NCBI GenBank assembly: GCA_945971355.1
Contig: CAMFPD010000001.1
Coordinates: 1-47,276, forward strand
Source of the DNA: an uncultured Lachnobacterium sp.
Lineage (GTDB): Bacteria; Bacillota; Clostridia; Lachnospirales; Lachnospiraceae
Length of the DNA: 47,276 nucleotides
Direction: 5' to 3'
In this document: positions 40,661 through 47,276 of the stretch, piece after piece
Layout of the letters: the number at the start of each line of letters is the position of its first letter
Position numbering within the stretch: position 1 is the first letter of the stretch
Made by a program: the position numbers and the translations under genes
Notes under the pieces: model-generated
Told to the model about the DNA's origin: nothing
Database searches by the model: none
Seen by the model: only the letters and a program-made list of their open reading frames with translations

Positions 40661-42415
40661 ATGGGAAAGAATTCACAGAAACAGTCACAGAAGATGCGAA
40701 TGAGCATCAAACTGCTGACATTGATACCGGTATTTGTTCTTGGAATTGTGGCTTTATTCTCCAATATTTCATCAATTAACAGCATTAGAAGCGTAAATAA
40801 GACTGCCACAGAAATTTCAGATGAGTATTTGGTAAGTATTACAAAGCTCGGAGATATTCAAAGAGAGACGCAGAACATTCACAAAATGGCATTGTCACAT
40901 ATTATAGCAACGGATTTGAATACAATGATCCAGTTGGTAGAAGATGTGAAAAAAGAAGAGAAAGTACTGGATAATTATCTTGAAGATTACAAAGAATTTG
41001 TGAATGAGGATGAACAGGCGAACTATGATCAGCTTCTTGCAGATTATGAAAATATGAAAAGTACAATTGCCATCTTGTTTGGATACAGTGCAATGAGCAA
41101 CAAGGATGAGGCGTTTGCCCTTGCAAATGGTGAATTGGCCAGCTATGCCAATTCGATGCAAAGTGAAATTAACGCAATGATTGCAGAGACAACCAGTAGT
41201 TCGCTTGTTGCCAGAGAGGAGCTTTCTCAGACTTACAGGATAGCAAGTGCGGGAAATATTTTTTGTATTGTAGTGAATGTTGTTGTGTTCCTTGTGGCAT
41301 TGTATATTGTGCTTCGAAGAGTCATTAATCCGATTACATATGCAAAGAAAGAAATCAGTGACATTATTGCAAGCCTGGATGCAGGAAAGGGAGATCTCAC
41401 AAAGCGTATTACGATTCGAAGTGACGATGAGATTGCAGATTTAGGAAAGGGTATTAATACCTTTATGGATAAGCTGCAGGATATTCTTCGTATGATTATT
41501 GAAAATGCAAGACAGATGGAGAATGTGGTAAATGGTGTACAGGAGAGTGTTCGCAATTCCAATGACAGTGCATCGGATCTTTCAGCCGTGACGGAAGAAA
41601 TTGCAGCAACTATGACAGAGGTTGGCTCATCTGCAGGTGCGATTAATATAAATACAGAGGATGTTCGCGCTGAGGTAGAGGCTATCGCAACCAAATCAAA
41701 TAGTATTAGTGAGTACTCGAAAGAGATGAAAGCACATGCAGACAGCATGGAGAAGGCCGCACGAACCAATATGGAAGAGACAGGAAGCAAAGTGAATGAA
41801 ATCCTTGAAGTTTTGAATGCAGCAATTGAGGATAGTAAGTCCGTAGATCAGGTTAATAACCTTACAAATGATATTCTGAGTATTTCAAGTCAGACAAACC
41901 TGCTGGCACTCAATGCTTCCATTGAAGCTGCCCGTGCGGGTGAGGCAGGGCGTGGATTTGCTGTTGTTGCAGATGAAATCAGACAGCTTGCGGATTCCAG
42001 TCGTGAGACAGCAAACCGTATTCAGGAAATCAACAGTATTGTGACTCAGGCAGTACACAATTTGGCTGGAAATGCTAATAACTTAGTTGAATATATGAAG
42101 GACTACATTCTTCCAGAGTTTGACGATTTTGTGCAGAGCGGAGTTCAATATCGTGAAAATGCAACGTACATTGAGAATGTTATGAGCGAGTTTACAGGAA
42201 AAACAGATGATCTTCGCAGTGCAATGGACGATATTGCCTCTGCTATAAGTGCAATTACAGGTGCAATTGATGAAGGCGCGAAAGGAGTCAATGGTGCTGC
42301 CCAGAGTACCCAGGTACTTGTTGGTGATATGGAGACCATTAGTAATCGTATGGAAGAGAATCAGAAAATTGCTGAGGCGTTGGAAAAAGGAACAGCAATT
42401 TTCGAGAATTTTTAA
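40661..42415 (+). CDS. Methyl-accepting chemotaxis protein (TM - helical 4HB-type sensor - TM - HAMP - signalling domain)
   Basis: [34 protein letters not shown]; [22 protein letters not shown]; AGGAGG RBS in an 18-bp gap. Confidence 0.96.
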   Translation: MGKNSQKQSQKMRMSIKLLTLIPVFVLGIVALFSNISSINSIRSVNKTATEISDEYLVSITKLGDIQRETQNIHKMALSHIIATDLNTMIQLVEDVKKEEKVLDNYLEDYKEFVNEDEQANYDQLLADYENMKSTIAILFGYSAMSNKDEAFALANGELASYANSMQSEINAMIAETTSSSLVAREELSQTYRIASAGNIFCIVVNVVVFLVALYIVLRRVINPITYAKKEISDIIASLDAGKGDLTKRITIRSDDEIADLGKGINTFMDKLQDILRMIIENARQMENVVNGVQESVRNSNDSASDLSAVTEEIAATMTEVGSSAGAININTEDVRAEVEAIATKSNSISEYSKEMKAHADSMEKAARTNMEETGSKVNEILEVLNAAIEDSKSVDQVNNLTNDILSISSQTNLLALNASIEAARAGEAGRGFAVVADEIRQLADSSRETANRIQEINSIVTQAVHNLAGNANNLVEYMKDYILPEFDDFVQSGVQYRENATYIENVMSEFTGKTDDLRSAMDDIASAISAITGAIDEGAKGVNGAAQSTQVLVGDMETISNRMEENQKIAEALEKGTAIFENF

Positions 42416-42430
42416 TAGGACAATAGAGAG

Positions 42431-42467
42431 AAGAGGTCGGTTGCTCAAGGGTAATCGACTTCTTTTC
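42431..42467 (+). terminator. Rho-independent terminator closing the SBP-MCP unit
   Basis: AAGAGGTCGGTTGCT-CAAG-GGTAATCGACTTCTT followed by TT. Confidence 0.75.
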
Positions 42468-42562
42468 ATTGTAAAAGTAGCTATTGTTGTTTTGCATATT
42501 TTTATTGGTTTAAATTTGTGAGTTTTTTATGGGCAATTAGAACTAAAAAAATCTTCATACTA

Positions 42563-42657
42563 TTTTGTACAAAAATAATTCTATTTTTTGCACAAAAACA
42601 TTCGTAAATTTTCGATAAAACTTAACAATTCAAAAAAATACTACAAAACAATATAAT
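42563..42657 (+). promoter_or_regulatory. Amylase promoter with two upstream palindromic operator-like sites
   Basis: TTTTGTACAAAA (42563-42574), TTTTTGCACAAAAA (42585-42598); TTCAAA-17-TATAAT (42629-42657). Confidence 0.5.
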
Positions 42658-42704
42658 TAATAAACGTAAGAACGAAAAAATACGAAAAAAGGAGAGAGGT
42701 TAGT

Positions 42705-45700
42705 ATGAAGAAACTACACTTAGGGAAGAAAGTTGTAAGTTTTCTTATGGTTATTGCAATGGTATTTAGCTTGTTACCATCAATAATCACCTATTCTGTA
42801 TCTGCGGCAGAGACACAGAGTATGACAATTCATTGGCAGCGCCCATCCAATTGGACGGGATGGGAAACACCTGCAATTTATTTCTGGGGTGGCGATGCAG
42901 AGGCTTCGAATTACGTTACTTCAGGAAAAATTAGTGGTTGGGGTGAAAATGATATCGGATACACAATGACAGAAGAGAGTGATGGCTGGTATACAGTTAC
43001 CCTGACAGGAACTGTAACAGGTTTTCAGTTTTTGGATTTTGATAATCCAAGCAGCAACTCTGGTGGTAAAGGATATGTTGATTCGATGAAATACTGTACA
43101 TCAAATAAAGATGTATATGCGGTAGGTTCTGACTGGACAACATGGTATCTTGACAAAGAGTGTCAGACAAGCATTGATACATTGCTTCCAGAAGGTGCAT
43201 TAACAGCAAGTGATATTACAGTGCATTTCCAGAACACAGATAACTGGGATAGCGTATATATGCACACATGGAGTTACGTAAATACAACATGGCCTGGAGA
43301 TGTAGTGCAGGCAGATACCCATCATCAGGGTTGGTATACAACTACATTAAACTGGGATGCTTCAAAGTGCTCTTTCAAATTTAACAATGGAAATGGAGTT
43401 GAATCAAGTGAATTATCAATTACACCAGATTCAGCAACAGAAGAAATCTGGGTATGCGGAAAGGACGGAAGTGTTCTTGAACAGAAGCCTGACAGCTGGG
43501 ATGCATCTTACGTTGAGAATCCTGATAATGGAGAGGGAGAAGAACAGGAACAAGAGGCTGTACCTTACTTCACAGTTCATTTCTACAATGAGTACGGTTG
43601 GTCAACACCAGCACTTCAGTACTGGGGAAATTCATCAGTAGAGGTTTCTGGATATGGTGAGAAGCTTCACGAAAATACATGGAATGTAGATGTTTATACA
43701 CTAACTAGTGAGGGTGATGGCTGGTACAACATGACCTTTAAGGGTGATGTAGCAGGTTTGGGATTCCAGTTCCTTAACTACGATGATCCTAATGGCGGAA
43801 GTACAAGTGGTAAAGGATTTGTCAATGCAATGAAGTATGCAGCGTCTGAAGAAGCTGCTGATTTGTATTGTAAGTGGGGCGAAGCGACTGAATATGAGGT
43901 TCTCTGGTATCTTGACAAGGAATATGCAACAAGTATTGATACATTAATTCCTGAAGGTACAGTGACAGAGACAACGATTACACTTCATTTTAAGAACACA
44001 GAGAATTGGTCTGAGGTTGGCTTATACATGGGACAGGGAGGTAGTTGGTCTGCCATTCCTGGATATGAGCAGTACGGAGCATGGCCAGGCAGCGTAATTA
44101 CAGCAGGAGATGACGGATGGTATACAGTTTCTGTCACAAAGGATATGTCTGCATTACATTTTATTTATAATAATAACAATGGAGGAAGTCAGACAGAAAA
44201 TCTTCTTGTAGAGCCAAAGGCTGCAAGTGAGGAATACTGGATAGTAGATGGTACAGTATTAGATTACATGCCAACTACAATTGTAATGCATTATTATGCA
44301 GAAGATTTTTCAGACGCATATGCATATTTTACAGAGACAGATAGTTGGACAGCGATTGAAGGTTACGAAAGTGCAGGAGGCTGGCCAGGTGTTACAATTA
44401 AGAAGGATTCAAAGAACGCGAATTGGTATACCTTCTCAATTATGACAGATCAGGATCAGTTTAATTGTATCTTTAATAATAATAGCGGAAAACAGACCGA
44501 TAATATCTGCTTTATACCAGAGAATGAAAGAGAGGAGCGTTGGGTTACTGGAGTAAAGGGTTCTACAGTGATCTCAACAGAAGCACCAGAGGGTTGGACT
44601 GTAAGCGACGATAACTATATTGAGCCAGCTGACAATACAGCGTACACAAGATACGTGGTTGTAGAGTACGACAGAGAGGATAATGATTATGATGGCTGGA
44701 ACATTTATTGTTGGGATTCCGGCTGCGGTAAGAAGACACTTAATTGTCAGCCAACAGAGATAAATGGTAAACAGTACATTGTATTTCCAGTAAAGGAATC
44801 AGAAACTGATTTCACAATTGGTTTCTGTATGAGAAAAACAACTGATAAGAATGAGTGGGCTGAGAAGGATGGAGGAGATCATGCTCTTATAATTCCAGCT
44901 GGACAGTTAGTAGTACATGCAAAATTTGAACAGGGAAAAGGTATCACCTATGTATATCCATATAACAAGGGATATGAGATGAATGGGGCCGATGATGAGA
45001 TTTCATTCTTCTATAGAGAAGATACACTTGTTACAACAGGTGCTGTTTCCTCACTTAATAATGTTAAGGTGGTAGTGAACGGCAAAGAACACGATATGGT
45101 TTATGATGCAGAAACTGACAGATTTGAATTTACATTGTCAGATGTGGAAACAGGGGAGTATGCATACTACTACTTAATTAATGGTGAGAAAAAGCTGGAT
45201 TTATTTAACGTAAATAAGACAGAGTACGAGGGTGAGGAGTGCTCGGTATTAACATTTAAGAAGTTTGATAATCTTGCGATTGAAGGAAAATTATCTTCAT
45301 CATCGATTAATTACAGCCAGAATAGTGTTATTTCATTAGGTTTTGCAGGTGATGACGCAGAGACATTTACCGAGGAAGAAATTGGTGAAATAACAGTGGA
45401 CCTTTCATCACTTGGACTTGGAACTCAAAACGTAGAGCCAGAGCTTATGGAGACAACTATTGCTTGTAAGGATACAGTAAGACCTGGAACATATTCTTTA
45501 CCTATCACGATGAAGGATATCTACGGAAATGTATATGAGACAAGTGTTAGAATTGTAATTGTGGAAAATGACGAGGATACATTTGATTGGGACGAAGCAA
45601 TTATTTACTTCGCAGTTACAGACCGTTTCTTTGATGGAAATACATCAAATAATACAGGAATTAACGGAGAGAACGATGTTGATAAGGCAGGTTCATTGAG

Positions 45701-47276
45701 TTATCACGGTGGTGATTTCGCAGGACTTGAAGCAAAACTTGATTATCTTGAAGAACTTGGGGTAAATACAATTTGGATTACTCCAATTGTGGCTCAGTCA
45801 GATATTACAACAGAAAAGGACGGAGAGACTATTGAGTCAACAGGATACCATGGATACTGGGCATCTGATTTTGAGAGCTTAAACGGACATCTCGGAACAG
45901 AGGAGGAGTTTGAGGAACTTATTTCAGCAGTACATTCTCGTGGAATGAAGCTTATGGTTGACGTGGTACTTAACCATTCTGGATATGATTCAGAGGAGCA
46001 TGATGTTACAGGCTATTTCAATACACTTATCCAGAATGAAAACGGTGAATATGTTGCTATGATCCGTGATGAGTCAAATACAGTTGAGGGCGATAATGTA
46101 TATGCGTCTCTTGCAAATCTTCCTGATTTTGTTACAGAGAATTCAGATGTACGTGACCAGCTTATTGAATGGCAGACAAACTGGGTAGAAAAATACGGAA
46201 TTGATTATTTCCGTATAGACACAGTTAAGCATGTAAATACAGAAGCATGGGAAGCATTAAAGAATGAACTTACAAAAATTGACCCTGATTTCAAGATGAT
46301 TGGAGAGTACTCAGGTGGTAGTGCTACAACACTTGATATTTATAAGGGTGCAATGGATTCTTTACTGGATTTTGACTTCAATGACTTTGGACAAAATTTT
46401 GTATCTGGTAATATTTCATCTGTTGAAAGTTCATTAGAAGCAAGAAATGAAAGAATTAACAATACTGCTACAACAGGAGCGTTCCTTTCAAGCCATGATG
46501 AGGATGGACTTGTATACAAGCTGATTAATCAGAACGGATATACTGAGGACGAAGCTTTGAACCTGTTTAAGGTTGCTTCGGCTCTCCAGATGACTGCTAA
46601 GGGACAGGTAGTTATCTACTACGGAGAAGAAATTGGTCTCTATGGAGCAGATAACTATCCATATCAGACTAACAGATATGATTTTGACTGGGATGAACTT
46701 GAAACACAGAAGTCTGACAGCAACAGTATGTACAATCATTATGAGACATTACTGGGCATAAGAAATGATTATTCAAAGCTTTTGTCAAAGGGTACAAGAA
46801 GTGTAATCAAGGTATCGGATGAAGATGGATATGATATTTTTGTACGTAGCTATAATGGTGAAAATCTCTATGTGGGATTAAATATAACTGGTTCACAGAA
46901 TACAGTTTCATTCTCTGTTAATGAGAAGGCAGGAACTGTACTCACAGACCTTTATAACAACAAAGAGTACACTGTTTCAGCAGAACAGACAGTTACCGTG
47001 GATATCCCAGCTGCAGCAAATGGAGGTACAGTTATTCTCGGTGTGAAAGCGGCAGATGACAGTGATAAGAAAGATGAAACTGGGGATACAACTAAGGAAG
47101 ACCCAGCTAAGGAAGAAGGCAAAGAAACTACAGAAAAGGAAAACCTAGCTAAGGAAGAAGGCAAAGATACTATAGAAAAGGAAAACCTAGCTAAGGAAGA
47201 AGGCAAAGAAACTACAGAAAAGGAAAACCTAGCTAAGGAAGAAGGCAAAGATACTACAGAAAAGGAAAACCTAGCT
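42705..47276 (+). CDS. Large secreted multi-CBM GH13 alpha-amylase (Amy13K-like), 3'-truncated by the window end, at least 1524 aa; absent from the ORF track
   Basis: Hand translation has no stop from ATG 42705 to the end; signal peptide ending VSA-AE; Trp-rich starch-binding modules; GH13 motifs DVVLNH, YFRIDTVKH, GEYS, FLSSHD, YYGEEIG. Confidence 0.95.
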   Translation, partial: MKKLHLGKKVVSFLMVIAMVFSLLPSIITYSVSAAETQSMTIHWQRPSNWTGWETPAIYFWGGDAEASNYVTSGKISGWGENDIGYTMTEESDGWYTVTLTGTVTGFQFLDFDNPSSNSGGKGYVDSMKYCTSNKDVYAVGSDWTTWYLDKECQTSIDTLLPEGALTASDITVHFQNTDNWDSVYMHTWSYVNTTWPGDVVQADTHHQGWYTTTLNWDASKCSFKFNNGNGVESSELSITPDSATEEIWVCGKDGSVLEQKPDSWDASYVENPDNGEGEEQEQEAVPYFTVHFYNEYGWSTPALQYWGNSSVEVSGYGEKLHENTWNVDVYTLTSEGDGWYNMTFKGDVAGLGFQFLNYDDPNGGSTSGKGFVNAMKYAASEEAADLYCKWGEATEYEVLWYLDKEYATSIDTLIPEGTVTETTITLHFKNTENWSEVGLYMGQGGSWSAIPGYEQYGAWPGSVITAGDDGWYTVSVTKDMSALHFIYNNNNGGSQTENLLVEPKAASEEYWIVDGTVLDYMPTTIVMHYYAEDFSDAYAYFTETDSWTAIEGYESAGGWPGVTIKKDSKNANWYTFSIMTDQDQFNCIFNNNSGKQTDNICFIPENEREERWVTGVKGSTVISTEAPEGWTVSDDNYIEPADNTAYTRYVVVEYDREDNDYDGWNIYCWDSGCGKKTLNCQPTEINGKQYIVFPVKESETDFTIGFCMRKTTDKNEWAEKDGGDHALIIPAGQLVVHAKFEQGKGITYVYPYNKGYEMNGADDEISFFYREDTLVTTGAVSSLNNVKVVVNGKEHDMVYDAETDRFEFTLSDVETGEYAYYYLINGEKKLDLFNVNKTEYEGEECSVLTFKKFDNLAIEGKLSSSSINYSQNSVISLGFAGDDAETFTEEEIGEITVDLSSLGLGTQNVEPELMETTIACKDTVRPGTYSLPITMKDIYGNVYETSVRIVIVENDEDTFDWDEAIIYFAVTDRFFDGNTSNNTGINGENDVDKAGSLSYHGGDFAGLEAKLDYLEELGVNTIWITPIVAQSDITTEKDGETIESTGYHGYWASDFESLNGHLGTEEEFEELISAVHSRGMKLMVDVVLNHSGYDSEEHDVTGYFNTLIQNENGEYVAMIRDESNTVEGDNVYASLANLPDFVTENSDVRDQLIEWQTNWVEKYGIDYFRIDTVKHVNTEAWEALKNELTKIDPDFKMIGEYSGGSATTLDIYKGAMDSLLDFDFNDFGQNFVSGNISSVESSLEARNERINNTATTGAFLSSHDEDGLVYKLINQNGYTEDEALNLFKVASALQMTAKGQVVIYYGEEIGLYGADNYPYQTNRYDFDWDELETQKSDSNSMYNHYETLLGIRNDYSKLLSKGTRSVIKVSDEDGYDIFVRSYNGENLYVGLNITGSQNTVSFSVNEKAGTVLTDLYNNKEYTVSAEQTVTVDIPAAANGGTVILGVKAADDSDKKDETGDTTKEDPAKEEGKETTEKENLAKEEGKDTIEKENLAKEEGKETTEKENLAKEEGKDTTEKENLA
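47106..47276 (+). repeat. 42-bp coding tandem repeat (AKEEGK[E/D]T[T/I]EKENL), 4 copies plus a partial fifth
   Basis: Units start at 47106, 47148, 47190, 47232 and 47274; 0-2 nt differences between units. Confidence 0.97.

Noticed and set aside
42997-47248. Short ORFs listed at 42997, 43357, 46488 and 46952, which make the region look non-coding or pseudogenised
   Set aside because: All lie within one uninterrupted + strand amylase frame that the track omitted because it has no stop in the window
47106-47276. 42-bp repeats considered as a CRISPR array
   Set aside because: Head-to-tail units without unique spacers, in frame within a CDS, and no cas genes

Overview
AT-rich Firmicutes chromosome segment. 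Gene content and order point to Lachnospiraceae (Roseburia/Agathobacter-like; inference). Almost all genes are on the + strand. The window is mostly core genome: grpE-dnaK-dnaJ, an extra J-domain gene and a small orphan gene, then prmA-rsmE-iscS-thiI, a His-less HPr paralogue, mtaB, ireB-ruvX-DUF1292-rnj-(short MltG-like)-trmR-trhP, a SHOCT membrane protein, asnB and aroC (both - strand), a cytoplasmic GH13 neopullulanase, tgt, yajC, leuB-ilvD-ilvB-serC-serA, mscS, csp, an M16 peptidase, era-yqzL-recO, a lipoprotein and glyQS. The right end holds the most interesting locus. A sugar-binding lipoprotein with no adjacent transporter is apparently co-transcribed with a four-helix-bundle chemoreceptor. 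Next comes a secreted multi-CBM GH13 alpha-amylase of at least 1524 codons, missing from the ORF track, which runs off the window inside a 42-bp tandem repeat. I found no rRNA, tRNA, CRISPR array, IS or prophage. All calls come from manual motif recognition; no searches were run.
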